A DNA stretch of 63,736 nucleotides, counting the filler, from Octopus bimaculoides (lineage: Eukaryota), in NCBI RefSeq assembly GCF_001194135.2. It is 6 parts of 6 records of this genome, joined end to end, with 100 filler letters (N's around TTAATTAATTAA, not from the genome) between each part and the next. Parts side by side here need not be neighbours in the genome. Positions count along the whole stretch, not along the records: positions 10,053 to 24,893 come from NC_068984.1; positions 24,994 to 41,124 come from NC_068990.1; 4 more parts are not named here. One strand, written 5' to 3'. Shown in pieces: positions 14,366 through 28,450 of the stretch. The translations under genes were made by a program, and so were the position numbers. How positions within the stretch are numbered: the first letter of the stretch is position 1; every line of letters starts with the position of its first letter. Under the pieces are notes generated by a model. The model made no database searches. It was not told where the DNA came from and saw only the letters and a list, made by a program, of their open reading frames with translations.

Positions 14366-14860
14366 TGTATGTATGTATGTCAGTTTTATTTCAAGATTCC
14401 GTGCCAGTGGAGAAAGAGCCGGTTTCTAACCTGGATCCAAAGCTCCTTCTTTAAAATACAAGGTATTTTTGTATGTATGTATGTATGTGTGTATGTATGT
14501 AGGTATGTAATGTATACGAGCAGATTTGTATGTTTTGTTTAATGTATGTATTCTCACGCATATACTTGCATGTCTAGACATGCTCATATATACTTAAATG
14601 ATAAATTACTGGAAACTTTCTACTTTCTGGTTTTGAGAAACCGAATTTCAAGATTTAGGCAGTGTGTTGCATATCCCAGTTCCCCCAATAATTACAGATA
14701 TAAACCTGAACACATAATCGGCAAATTTCTCAATAGTTCAGCATAGGTATTTCCTTTTTCGCTGATCTTTAGCGTTATGTAAACATCCGCTGGGCAGCTG
14801 ATTTCCACAACCATACACAATTTCTCTTCTCTATCCCAAATTACTATGTCAGGTCTATTA
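14336..14860 (-). mobile_element. Family C 3' fragment (RLE domain + 3'UTR) ending in an (ACAT)n tail
   Basis: HNRPDIVIWDREEKLCMVVEISCPADVYITLKISEKGNTYAELLRNL. 3'UTR ...GAAATAAAACTG followed directly by (ACAT)n at 14336-14381. Confidence 0.8.
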
Positions 14861-14938
14861 TGTATATATGTACGTATGTATGTATGCATGCATGTATGTA
14901 TGTATGTATGTGTGTATGTATGTACGTATGTATGTATG

Positions 14939-14972
<34 letters not shown>

Positions 14973-16358
14973 TGTATGTGTGTATGTATGTACGTATCTA
15001 TGTATGCATATATGTATGCCTGCATGCATACATGTATATATGTATGTATGTATGTAATACATGTATGTGTGTGTATGTACGTGCGTCTGTCTGTGTATGT
15101 ATGCATATGCTTTTATGCATGCATTTATGCTTGCATAGATGAATGTTTGTGTATATAAATATCTGTACATCTGTCTATCTGTCACTTTATCTCTCCGCAT
15201 GTACACACAAACACAGAAACAACAAGCACACACACACACACACACACATACACTCACATATATACATATCTGCATTAAGTGGTTGAGGACTGCATAACTG
15301 GAAGATGTATTGAGCACCTATATATTTTTGAACCAGAAAATAAAGCAAAAATAGTACATACACACAAGCACACACAAGCATATACAAACATAATTATTCA
15401 TGCATACGTGTCTATTTCGCTTCTTTGCAGGGATATTTGTTTTTGAATATACGTGTATCTATATCTGTGTTTTTGCACGTGCGTGACTTAGCAATAAATG
15501 CTTGGCAGAACGATAGAAGCATTCACATGCATATACACACATATACGAAATAATGTGAGCGATTTTTCTCCTTATCTCTCGCACCTCTCCCCATCCCTGT
15601 TTTTCTGCATGCTTGTATGTGTGAGATTTTGTATTTTGCATGGAAATGGTTTCTGCGAGAGTGTAAATTAAGCAACAATGCATAAAAAATCCCCAAAGCT
15701 TTGGCATACGCATTTATGTAACTCAAATGCAAGTACGATTCTATGCATCCATAATTTACTTGAATGAGTTGATGCATCCTCTGTCGATTTTAACGGGTAG
15801 CATTCATTTATTGGATCAACTAAACGACTTGCTTGTTAAAATAATCTGCAAGTAGCTGAGTATTCCACAGATATGTGTGTAATTAAAGTAATTCATTATG
15901 TTGATACACGCAACTTGGCTGGAACTATGGATGAAATTTGGATTTCTATCCATTGGACAGAATGCACCTATGATTCGAAAATCGAGTTATTTTACATACT
16001 TGGGCTTCTACACAGTAACCGTCTACCCAATACTACTCATAAATCTTGGTACGAACTCGCGACATCCTGATTACAAAGCAAATATATATTAGTCACTCAA
16101 CCATAACTGCTTAAGCATAACGACGTAACCATATACAAATTTATAATTGTAAAGTTTAAAGAATAGTCGTGGGTTTGGTATTAAGGAGCTCGCTTTGCAA
16201 CTACGTTATTTCGGGTTCAGTCACAGCCCGTGGCATCTTGGCCAAGTGTTTCTACTATGGTTACTATGTTTCTACTATAGTGAATGAATTTGGTACTATT
16301 TGTGAATGTCTATCACATACATACATACATACATACATACATACAAACACACACACAT

Positions 16359-16389
<31 letters not shown>

Positions 16390-16718
16390 ACACATACATG
16401 CATACATACATACATGTGTGTGTTTGTGTGCGCGTGCGTCTTTCTATCTGTGTTTGTCCCACACCATCCCATGAAAGATGGCGATTGGCTTGTTCACGTC
16501 CCTGTAACTTAGTGGTTCAGCGAATAGACCGATAGAGTAAGTAGCAAGCTTAAGAAAGTAAGTCCTGAAGTCGATTCATTCGACTTAAAATTTTTGATAG
16601 TGCCCCAGTGTGGCCGCTGTCAAATGACTGCAGCAAATAAACATATATATATATATANNNNNNNNNNNNNNNNNNNNNNNNNNNNNNNNNNNNNNNNNNN
16701 NNNNNNNNNNNNNNNNNN

Positions 16719-16761
<43 letters not shown>

Positions 16762-16776
16762 TTATGTGTGTATATA

Positions 16777-17610
16777 CGTGGTCTGATCAATATATCTGGA
16801 CTGTTGCCTAGTAACGAAACTAAAGCACACAGAGTAAAGCTGCTTGGTACAGATTGACCTTCAACTCTGCCGTGTACGCACACTAAGGTTTTCACGTTCT
16901 TGCTCACTTTCGATGTTTACAGCAGTACTTGGAAGGAAGGTGTGTAGTGTGTGATGGTTGCATTAACCATGACAGAGAAAGTTGGGCAAATAATTTGCAT
17001 CAAATTTTGCCAAAAGCTTGGCGATACCCGCGCAAAGTCCTACGCAAAGTTTTCAGAAAGTTTTCATCGTTTTGGACACAATCAAGGAGATCTTGTGCAA
17101 CTGAAACCTGAGTGTATTTTGGTCAGCTGAATGCAGTTTTGGCACAATCTTGGCAGATACACGCCTCATACCCAAATCTTCAGTGATAGTGGAGCGAACT
17201 GAATCGTAACTAATCTGCACATCCTCTGATAACTCAAAGATAGGGATTTGACGATTTCCCCTCACAGTTGCGTGTACATCTGAGATGTTTTTCTCAGTTC
17301 TGCTGCTTGCAGGTCTTCCAGAACGTTTGTTAATATTGACATTTTTCGGCCATCTTGGAAAGTCTGAACCACTCGTACCCTTGTGTGCGGCTCATACGCA
17401 CCTCTCCATACACTTTCTGCAACGTTGCAATAACATCTGAGCAGGTAATGCCATGACAACTTTCTCTGTCATGATCAAGGCGACGATCATATGCTGCACA
17501 CCTTCCTTCCAAGCACTTCTGTAAACAGCAGAAGTGAGCTAGAACGTTAAAACTTAGTGCGCATGCACAGTAGGGTTTACGGTCAATCTTTGCCAGGCAG
17601 TTTTACGTTG
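16777..17610. mobile_element. Mariner-derived element made of two 5' ends in inverted orientation
   Basis: TA + TIR CGTGGTCTGATCAAT. Left arm (+) MTEKVGQIICIKFCQKLG. Right arm (-) LQKVYGEVRMSRTQGYEWF...RSGRP...EDLGMRRVSAKIVPKL (mariner HTH region). Shared leader inverted. Confidence 0.8.
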
Positions 17611-17619
17611 CCATTCAGG

Positions 17620-18340
17620 GCTACCCACCATCTTTAGCTAAACAACAGCACCTAAAGAATATCATGGTCAATAAACCCCGGAAGAACCAACATACTCCAA
17701 ATTCCGGCACGTGCTTCCTAAAGCTACAACACTTTGACAACAGAACTACTGCAGTGATATAACACGCAGGCCGCAAGGAAGGACTCAACATACAGATAGT
17801 TGACACCGGCCCTATCCTGAGAAAATCTCTGTCCAAGAACAACACCTCTCACTACTCCGAGGAGTGCACATTATTGAACTACCCCCAAAATGACCCTGAA
17901 TTGCGCCAGAGGACCTATGTTTTATATCATTTGTAGCAAATGTGGTGCATCCTACATAGGAAGCACAATAAGAAAACTGCATATACGCATTAAGGAACAC
18001 ATGTAGGCAGACACTTCCGTGAAGAAACATCTACGGAAATGCCAGACCCGGAAATTCACAGTGCACATCAAAGTAACACGGCGGAACAGGGGCAACCTTA
18101 GAATCTCTGAGGCCATCCTCATAACCCTGAAAAAGAAACCTAAGATCAACAACAGAAGAGAGTTACAGGAAGCTAGCTAGTAGTTATAACAACACCTTTC
18201 CGCGCATGTCCACTTCACACACGCTCACACACACGCTCTCACACACGGTCTCATACACGCACATTGGTAACATTCGTTTATTTTCTTGAAAATGGGGTCA
18301 TAGCCCCGAAATATTGAATACAATGTAAGTCTACATTAAT
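17620..18340 (+). mobile_element. Penelope-like element 3' fragment (GIY-YIG endonuclease relic + 3' end with degenerate HHR at 18281-18320)
   Basis: Translates as FYIICSKCGASYIGSTIRKLHIRIKEH...LRISEAILI...PKINNRRE. Downstream TTTTC TTGAAAA T GGGG-TCATAG-CCCC GAAA TAT T GAATA. Confidence 0.75.
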
Positions 18341-18413
18341 TCATATATTTGTTTTCTTGTGATTTACCTGGCATTTACTTCGCATTGTTTTGGCCTTACC
18401 CACGATCCTTTAT

Positions 18414-18453
<40 letters not shown>

Positions 18454-18477
18454 AATAATAATAATAATAGTAATAAT

Positions 18478-18550
<73 letters not shown>

Positions 18551-18647
18551 TTAGGTATAAAAATCCAAATTTACAGGTAAAAACTCAATTAAATTCAATT
18601 TATTAAAAATAAAAATAAAATTAAGTTTCACAGTATAAAATATATAA

Positions 18648-18782
18648 ATATATAGTTTTAGAGAAAAGAACCAAAGTTCATGAACTTATCCATGAAAATC
18701 CACTATTTTTTTTCTATATGTGACTGTGGATTTTCGTGGATAAGTTCGTGAACTTTGGTTATTTTCTCTAAAACTATATATA
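18648..18782. repeat. ~56-bp inverted repeat (fold-back) with a 22-nt spacer
   Basis: TATAGTTTTAGAGAAAAGAACCAAAGTTCATGAACTTATCCATGAAAATCCAC mirrored by GTGGATTTTCGTGGATAAGTTCGTGAACTTTGGTTATTTTCTCTAAAACTATA. Confidence 0.8.
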
Positions 18783-19829
18783 TATATACACGTGCACGCC
18801 TACATGCACATTTGTTTGTCCTCCAACACCGATTGGCAACCAGTATTGGTTTGATTACATGCCTGCAACTTAGCGGTTTGGTAAAAGAGAGAAGAAGCCG
18901 ATAGGATATATACCAAAACTTAAATAAGTACTAGGGTCGATTACTTTGACTAAAACAGTCCAAGGTGCTGCACCAGCATACCCGCAGTTTAAAGACAGAA
19001 ACAAGTAAAAAAAAAAACAAGTAAAGGTTTAAAATAACGTGTAAAATATTGTGTTTAGAATAACAAATTTTTAATAATTAATTTACTGTTGCCTTAATTA
19101 CAAGTTTGCATGAGTTTAACTGATCGAGAAACTGGAATGCTGTCCTACATTCTCTTGCTCGAATTCAAACAGCGAGTTCAATAAGCGAGATTCTTTTAAC
19201 TATGTGGATGATAAAACAGCTGTTGTATTCAAANNNNNNNNNNNNNNNNNNNNNNNNNNNNNNNNNNNNNNNNNNNNNNNNNNNNNNNNNNNNNNNNNNN
19301 NNNNNNNNNNNNNNNNNNNNNNNNNNNNNNNNNNNNNNNNNNNNNNNNNNNNNNNNNNNNNNNNNNNNNNNNNNNNNNNNNNNNNNNNNNNNNNNNNNNN
19401 NNNNNNNNNNNNNNNNNNNNNNNNNNNNNNNNNNNNNNNNNNNNNNNNNNNNNNNNNNNNNNNNNNNNNNNNNNNNNNNNNNNNNNNNNNNNNNNNNNNN
19501 NNNNNNNNNNNNNNNNNNNNNNNNNNNNNNNNNNNNNNNNNNNNNNNNNNNNNNNNNNNNNNNNNNNNNNNNNNNNNNNNNNNNNNNNNNNNNNNNNNNN
19601 NNNNNNNNNNNNNNNNNNNNNNNNNNNNNNNNNNNNNNNNNNNNNNNNNNNNNNNNNNNNNNNNNNNNNNNNNNNNNNNNNNNNNNNNNNNNNNNNNNNN
19701 NNNNNNNNNNNNNNNNNNNNNNNNNNNNNNNNNNNNNNNNNNNNNNNNNNNNNNNNNNNNNNNNNNNNNNNNNNNNNNNNNNNNNNNNNNNNNNNNNNNN
19801 NNNNNNNNNNNNNNNNNNNNNNNNNNNNN

Positions 19830-19830
19830 N

Positions 19831-19877
<47 letters not shown>

Positions 19878-20207
19878 AGACAGAAATATCTGTTACAATG
19901 CCCGGTTTCACGTTAAGAAACTTTAGAAACAAATATGTATGTATGTACGTATGTATGTATGTACGTATGTATGTATGTATATACGTATGTATGTATGTAT
20001 GTATGTGTGTATGTATATTTTTGCATGGTTGAATCTACTATCTGTCCATCTATCTCTCTCTCTTTCTCTCTCTCTCTCTCTCCATCTCTCTCTCGCTCTC
20101 TCTCTCTCTATATATATATATATGTATATATTTAGAGAGAGAGAGAGAAAGAGAGAGGGAGATAGATAGATAGATAGACAGACAGGCAGACAGACAGACA
20201 GACAGAC

Positions 20208-20258
<51 letters not shown>

Positions 20259-20923
20259 NNNNNNNNNNNNNNNNNNNNNNNNNNNNNNNNNNNNNNNNNN
20301 NNNNNNNNNNNNNNNNNNNNNNNNNNNNNNNNNNNNNNNNNNNNNNNNNNNNNNNNNNNNNNNNNNNNNNNNNNNNNNNNNNNNNNNNNNNNNNNNNNNN
20401 NNNNNNNNNNNNNNNNNNNNNNNNNNNNNNNNNNNNNNNNNNNNNNNNNNNNNNNNNNNNNNNNNNNNNNNNNNNNNNNNNNNNNNNNNNNNNNNNNNNN
20501 NNNNNNNNNNNNNNNNNNNNNNNNNNNNNNNNNNNNNNNNNNNNNNNNNNNNNNNNNNNNNNNNNNNNNNNNNNNNNNNNNNNNNNNNNNNNNNNNNNNN
20601 NNNNNNNNNNNNNNNNNNNNNNNNNNNNNNNNNNNNNNNNNNNNNNNNNNNNNNNNNNNNNNNNNNNNNNNNNNNNNNNNNNNNNNNNNNNNNNNNNNNN
20701 NNNNNNNNNNNNNNNNNNNNNNNNNNNNNNNNNNNNNNNNNNNNNNNNNNNNNNNNNNNNNNNNNNNNNNNNNNNNNNNNNNNNNNNNNNNNNNNNNNNN
20801 NNNNNNNNNNNNNNNNNNNNNNNNNNNNNNNNNNNNNNNNCTCTCAACTTCCTCTTCAGGTGATACTTGAAGAAGTTGATGAGAGATTGCCCAGAGAGGA
20901 AAGACTTTGTCTCTAGACCTTTC

Positions 20924-20974
<51 letters not shown>

Positions 20975-21003
20975 CAGACAGGCAGACAGACAGACAGACA
21001 GAC

Positions 21004-21054
<51 letters not shown>

Positions 21055-21060
21055 CAAACG
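19830..21060. repeat. Compound microsatellite block (GT, TATG, CT, GA, GATA, GACA); representative of many such tracts in the window
   Basis: Directly visible. These tracts generate most low-complexity ORFs in the track. Confidence 0.95.
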
Positions 21061-22079
21061 AACATGCATATGTATACTCACATAATTATACACACACAGA
21101 CACACACACTCACACCCACACCCACACATATATCTTATATGGCTTATAGCGATTCAGACAATGCATGGGGTAAATGTCATTGTTTTGATCGACTCACTGT
21201 GCTTGACTACAAATATATGTCAGCGACCCTGAAAGAATGAACCTAACTTAATCACTGCTATACAGAGACTAGCTGTGCGGGCTTTGAGAAGACAAATACA
21301 ATATCTAATTTAGGCATAAGAGCAGAAATTTCGGAAATGGCTTAAGGTATAAATTTTATTAATGTGGCAGGTATAAATTTTATTCATATAAACAGGATGG
21401 AAGCTGAAGTCGTCATCAGTGCTTTAAGAAAAGACCAGAAGCCTTTTTACGATACACTAACACACTTTACGACACACTAACGGGTTCTTAGCCTAAGTCA
21501 TGACTTATCAAACCCAAAACAATCACAGTTACATTGCTACATGGCATAGCGTAATGAAATAAAAGAAGGAACCAAACGAATATGAAACGTAGCATTGTCA
21601 AATACAATAAGGAAACACGTTCACCGGCAACATAAATTATGGCCTGTTAGAGTGTGTTTGTAGGATAAAAATGAGGCTGTTAATATATCTGAAAAAATAA
21701 CAAAAACGAAACATTATGAGAATAAAACAAAAAAAAAAAAAATTCACTATCAAACTAACATTAAAAGAAAACCATATTGCTAGCTGAGATGTTGAAATCC
21801 AAATCAGATAACGGTAAAATATTAGCCGGGCTGAATGTGTCATACGTGCTGCTACGAATATCTTAACNNNNNNNNNNTGAAAGACAGAAGATGGAATATA
21901 CGAAAATGTATTATTAATCACAATTGTTTCGACACATCTAGCATCGACTCCTATTGTGGGACACACAAAACTGGTTAGATAGATAGATAGATATAGACAT
22001 TTAGTAAAAGACTAAAAGAATATATCATATCATTAATACATCATTAATATATCATAAGAATACATCATATCATCCAAGA

Positions 22080-22295
22080 GGTGAGCTGGCAGAAACGTTA
22101 GCACGCCGGGCGAAATGCTTAGCGGAATTTCGTCCGTCTTTACGTTCTGAGTTCAAATTCTGCCGAGGTTAACTTTGCTTTTCATCCCTTTGGGTTCGAT
22201 AAATTAAGTACCAGTTACGCACTGAGGTCGATGTAATCGACTTAATCCCCTTGTTTCCCCCCTCAATATTTAGCCCCTTGTGGGCAATAAAGAAA
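22080..22295 (+). mobile_element. Third tRNA-SINE family; decayed copies near 1040-1320, 10300-10400, 38700-38800, 58990-59090
   Basis: GGCAGAAACGTTAGCACGCCGG…GAGTTCAAATTCTGCCGAGG…TTTCATCCCTTTGGGTTCGATAAATTAAGTACCAG. Confidence 0.75.
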
Positions 22296-22651
22296 TAAGA
22301 ATATATCATCATTTGTCCATAGAAAAAAGACATATTTCAAAAGAAAGTTTGAACTGTTATAGAGTTATGTATTCGAGTGTTGTTTCGTTGGTTGTGGCAT
22401 ATAACCTGTCAGAAAGTTATCATTGGTTTCACCTCTACAGTTGCATTGGATAATGTACACGATTCATCAGACATGCTGAGCGGGAGCACATAGTTTCTTT
22501 ACTGATGGGGGTATATATACAATCCTGGCCAATTTGCTGTTGAAAAAAAACCTGAAGCGAGCAATTGTAGACGCGAAACCGATTTAATGCCATAACCGCG
22601 GATATACTACTACTACTACTACACACACTCGTGCGCGCGCATGTATGTATG

Positions 22652-22683
<32 letters not shown>

Positions 22684-23101
22684 CAGATAGATAGATATAC
22701 ACAAAAATCTGTGTGCATGTGTGTGTTTGTTGTGTGCGCTTGTGTGTGTGTGCTACAGGGAAATAAATTTTAAATTAAGTACGAATATTATTTCTTAAAA
22801 CTAAAATGAAAATCTACTTAGACAGGTAAGAATGAAAACTTGGAAAATACATTTGCATGAATGACGGATTCAGTAATTGTTGCGAAATAAAATAACCGGA
22901 GTTATGTGCTTTCCAAGTTTTCATTTCTACTTCTCTGCTTGCGTTTTGTTTCTAGGAGATATTATTCGCTTTAATTAATTTTTTTTTAATGTTTCTCTGT
23001 AACATTATACTGATAATATTTTAGCCATTCCTACCTACATGTGCACATGCACACTAACTCACAAACACACACATACAAACACACACACATATATAAATAT
23101 A

Positions 23102-23133
<32 letters not shown>

Positions 23134-23971
23134 NNNNNNNNNNNNNNNNNNNNNNNNNNNNNNNNNNNNGAGAGAGAGAGAGAGAGAGAGAGAGGCATAC
23201 ATACATATACGAATATAATTGTTTCTTTGTGTTTCTTTATGCTACCGTAACATAGCGGTTCGGCAAGAAGTCATTTTTTAAATAACTACATGGCTCGATT
23301 TGTTCAAACAAACCATTCAAGATGGCGTCGTAGAATGGTTGCAGTCCAATAACTGAAACGTGTAAAAAAAAAAAAGAAACAAAGGAAAAAAAACATAACC
23401 AAGAAAAATTTTGTAGAATAGTGTTATACATGGCAGTAAATGCTGTACAGTGTAGCACAAGATAAACTAAGGAATTAAAAATGAATATTCGAAAATTCTG
23501 CTTACCTAATGAGTAGTCAAATCATTGAGTTACAGGATGTAGCAACATCTTTTCAAGAGACAAGTTCAAATCAGACAGGGGCCAAAATTTGTGTTAGTTC
23601 GACAAAATGAGTACTAGTAAGTAAACGTTTCGATTAATTAGATTTTATGTCCAAAAAAAAAAAAAATTTTAATGAATAAATAAATAAAAAAAGACAGAAA
23701 AACGAAAATAAAACTATAAAATGTCCTGTTTAAAAGCTAAGAATGATTAATGTGTTTAATATTAATAAGGTAATTTAATTATAGAACTATATTAAATTTT
23801 ATTGTGATTTTTATTGCAATCAAAGACTAATGTTTTGTGAAGAGAAATGGAATGTCGTAGGAGTCACACATTTTCCAAAAGCATTGTGAAGTGAATAAGT
23901 TTGCAACAATGCATCCGGTGATACATAAGAGAATACTGATTAGCAGTAGCATCCTGCCCGATTTTTGTCAC

Positions 23972-24004
<33 letters not shown>

Positions 24005-24759
24005 AAACAAAGGCATACATATACATAGATACACACGCACACACACACACACATTCTCTCTCTTACACTCTTATACATAATTATAAATTCTGATTTTGGC
24101 ATGAGGTTGTGTTTATGTTTGTACATACACACGCACAGAAACACAGACATACACGCGCACGCGCACATACACACAGAGGCAAACACGTGGCTGTGTGGTA
24201 AGAAGTTTGCTTCCCGATCACATGGTTCTGGGTCCAGTCCCACTGCGTGATGGAACCTTCGGCAAGTGTCTTATCCTTGTAAGCGGTTTTGACAGACAGA
24301 AGCTGAATGAAGCCCGTCGTATGTTTTATTTTAATATTTTATGTTATTATATATATATACATATATATGCATGTATGCATACATAAACACACACACATAC
24401 ACACACACACACACACACATATATACACACACGCACGCACAGACACACACGCACGCACGCACAGACACATACACACACACACACGCACAACATACTAACT
24501 ATAAATGTTGAGAAATTTCGAAAATAAAACTAATGTATACGTACATACATACATACATACATACATACATACATACATAATACATGCATGCATACATACA
24601 TACATACATCCATCCATACATGCATACATACATACATACATACATACATACATGTGTCCTCGTAAAGTGTCGTAGAGATATGATCAAATTTGGGGATCAT
24701 TCGATTATTAATGTTTATGAGTGGAGACATGCACGCTTCTGAGTTTGGGAATGTTGTGT

Positions 24760-24819
<60 letters not shown>

Positions 24820-25179
24820 CAGCAATAGCATTAGACGTGTACTTTTTTGTATATGGTGGCGTTGTTATTGATGCTCTCATTGTTCTTGGAATTNNNNNNN
24901 NNNNNNNNNNNNNNNNNNNNNNNNNNNNNNNNNNNNNTTAATTAATTAANNNNNNNNNNNNNNNNNNNNNNNNNNNNNNNNNNNNNNNNNNNNAGAGATG
25001 TATATGTACACGTATATGTATAGATATATATATAGATATAGATCTATATGCATACATGTATATGTATACATATGTGTAGATGTATATATATATAGATGTA
25101 CATGTAATATGTGCACATATATACATGCATACAGATATCTATACATATATACACCCATCACACACATACACATGCACAC

Positions 25180-25760
25180 AAACACACACATTAGTCATTT
25201 GTTTTCTTATCCAAAACTATGTCTAAAGTACTGAATGGATCTTTATGAAATTTGGAAATTATATTCTATCATAACGGCCATAACTCCCATGAAAATTCAT
25301 ATATTTTTGATGTTGATGAAATTTTAACCCGAACATAACAGATGAGCATTATTTGTAATTCAACGGTACAAGTGTAAGACTACCCTTTCAGATATACTTA
25401 CATTGTGATTTCTGCAATGTGGTGCATAAATTGTCAAGTAAATGAGACTCATCTTTGCCTCCACTAATTCACTTGCAAAGTGTTGAGTAAAATTATTTCG
25501 TTGCAGACCTCCTTTGAGTCTTTTTATTATCACTGCGACGCACATAGTCCCCAGTTGGTAACATTGATTTCAAGGCCTTCCCAGATGAGAGACTGGCATT
25601 CCACTTAATGTCTATGTTCCATGCTGGCATGGATTGGAGAGTTATTAATGTAGAAATATGGTATCGTAGCTACTAACAGTTGAGGGTTGCGTAGTCTAGA
25701 CAGCGTTTTTAGATTTCATTATTCTCTTTAACCCGGGCAAAGCCGGGTATTTCTGCTAGT
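25180..25760 (+). mobile_element. Helitron-type element, 3' terminus
   Basis: Hairpin ACCCGG-GCAAAG-CCGGGT (25731-25748), 7 nt spacer, then CTAG|T (25756-25760). 5' boundary uncertain. Confidence 0.65.
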
Positions 25761-26652
25761 TTTTTAATATTAATGTTCATCATACATTTTATTACTCAAT
25801 ATACAGCAATTTGCTATATACATGTAAACAAATCTTTGAGGATTGCTAATGAGAATATATGCAATCAACTATCTGAGTATAATTTAAACTTATGAAGTTT
25901 ATTATAGTCAAACCATATTTTTATTAAAAAAGAATGACCACCAAAATTACACACTACTCTTGAATATAAGACATAATTCATTACTGCGATACAGAGAGTA
26001 ACAAAATCAACTGGAATATCTGAGCTTTTAATCACAACTATATTTACGATTGCAAAATCAATTACCCTGCTGTTTTAATAGATTCATGTAAATTGAATAT
26101 ATTAATAGAATACTAAGTAGTTCCAAAATGAAAATAAGTAGTAAAAGAGCTTCCAATGATAAAAACATAACTCAACTACATATGATAGTACATAAACTTT
26201 TAAACTTGTCATATAACCATGACTGATCTAATTATATGCCAGTCATATACAGTTTGGAGCATTTCTGAATATCATTAATCATTTTTGATACAAACCTCAA
26301 TGAAACTGCCCCTAGTGCAATGGTACAAACTTCCTGTTTTTAAATGATCTAAATTGAAACCTTTCATAAAAATTTCATTTCAATATACACCAAATTAACA
26401 ATGACAAAGGTTATTTTACTAAATTATTATTTTCAAAAATTAATTGAAAAAAAAAAAAAAAACTAAAACAATATTCCCAGATTATAAATTTTCTTTAAAC
26501 TAGTTTTATTTTTTAAGGATCAGATTTGTTTTAATCTAAATTTAAGTCAAATACCAATCTTTCAATTTACGAATCCAAATGACAGCAATAAAGTTACCAT
26601 TTTCCCTCCAGAAACAAGAAATGAAGAGGAAATAAAATAAAGAATTTTGTAC

Positions 26653-26728
26653 CTCTGACAACACAGAATATATTTCATTGATGAACACTAGTGCTAGACT
26701 AATCAGTGGTTCCTTGTATTTCTGATAA
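26653..26728 (-). CDS. Probable third coding exon of the same gene ((S)YQKYKEPLISLALVFINEIYSVLSE)
   Basis: CTCTAG acceptor, GAG|GTAC donor, 76 nt = 1+25 codons. The first base completes AG+T (Ser) from the microexon. Non-repetitive, stop-free sequence in a CpG-depleted region. Confidence 0.55.
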
Positions 26729-28450
26729 CTAGAGTGTATGTAACTCAAGGTAGACTAAATATCAAACAATTTGAAGAAACCCAGATTTTAATTTCTTAAT
26801 ATTTACATTCTTCTCCAATACATATACATCGTGTGTAAAACCTTTTCCTTTCCTAATTGGTTCATCCTAATTATTTCACCTAAAATAATCTTCATTTTGT
26901 ATTATATATATCTAACTTTAATTCTATAGTGTGGGGTCCAACATAAAATTACATGGTTGGAAAATAAACTACACAAAATATAAAATACTGGAACTGTAAA
27001 ACAATCTACATTCAATCAACATTCATAGACAATGAATCAGGATTTATACAAACAAATCAGGATTTTCTTTTATGATCACTAATTATTATTATTGTTACGA
27101 TTGTTTCAATGTCCACTTTTCTATGCTGATATGGGTCTAATGGAATTTGTTGAGACAGATTTCCTATGACAGGATGCTCTTCCTGTCTACAACCTTCACT
27201 TGTTTCCAAAACAAGGAAATGAACCATATCACTTTTATGATGGTGATGCTCACCGACAACCATCATATGATGTCAAGACAAAGGTACACAATCTCCCACA
27301 CACACAATGGGCATCTTTCAGTTTCTTTAGTTGGCCCAAAGCTATAGAAGACACATGTCTAAGGTGCTGTGCTGTGAGACTGAACCTGAAATCACATGGT
27401 TGGGAGATAAGCTTCTTAGGCATACAATCCCATCCGAGATGAAACAAATGGTGACTGACTGAGTGGGAGACTTTAATATCTTCTTGTAACACAACAGTAT
27501 GATGGAATTTTAGGTTAAACAGTGAATCTAGTAAATCTCCTCCTCTACATTTGGAAACACATCAAAAACAAAGAGGAACCAGAGATATTAACCCAATCTA
27601 ATATTCTGGTTCTCCATTAACACTACATGATGCTTTAATACATTACTTGTTCTTACAAAAACAAAAAAAAATGTTTTAGCAGATGTTGCAACCTGGATAT
27701 TTTCAATGTATACATTCTGAAAGAGGATACACTAACAAAATGGTACCATGGACTTTTCATAAACATCCAACTTCAATCTACTGAGTTCAACATATGAAAT
27801 ACTACTAATAATAATGTAATATACAATAAAACTGAATGATTTCACTTAAAATAGTGAAAATAAAAAAGACACTTTACTCATGAGTTTATGGAGCAGAATT
27901 CAGTAATTGCTGTATTACAAGTCTTATACAAAATTTAGTTGGCTAAAATTGCTCAACAAAATAATCCTAAACAGCTTAACTACTGTTAGTAATCAAACCT
28001 ATATATATATATATATATATACAAGAATAAGGGCAGAGAATCGTCAATTAATAATAGAATTAATAATTAACAATTCTGCCAAGTAGTTCAGTATGAAAAA
28101 ACCTTTATCGGTAAGACTATTTATCATTATAAATTTTTTTTAGAGACACTTTCAAATTTATCAGAATATTGAGGCTGAAGATTGGAATAGTGAAATTTCC
28201 ATTCACTTAACCATGAAACGATTCGTATCCAATTAACTAAAGGCTTGGTTTGTTTACGCTTTTCCCTCCGGTTTTTTGTTCTATGTGTGCCATAAATATC
28301 ACCATCCACTTTAGAGAAAATTTGTAGTTTGGAATCAGTAGTTCTTTGACTGCTACTTCTAAATTTTCAGTATGTTGGAGAAGCAACTCAATTGCTAATC
28401 CCTGTATATTTATAATGATTTATATATATATATATATATATAATAATAAT

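Noticed and set aside
25870-26055. Open minus-strand frame as a further exon of the unidentified gene
   Set aside because: No acceptor gives a phase-0 entry into the open frame.
27690-27716. Possible 24-nt minus-strand microexon after CCTCTTTCAG
   Set aside because: Weak donor (GTTGCA) and not needed for phase continuity; unsupported.
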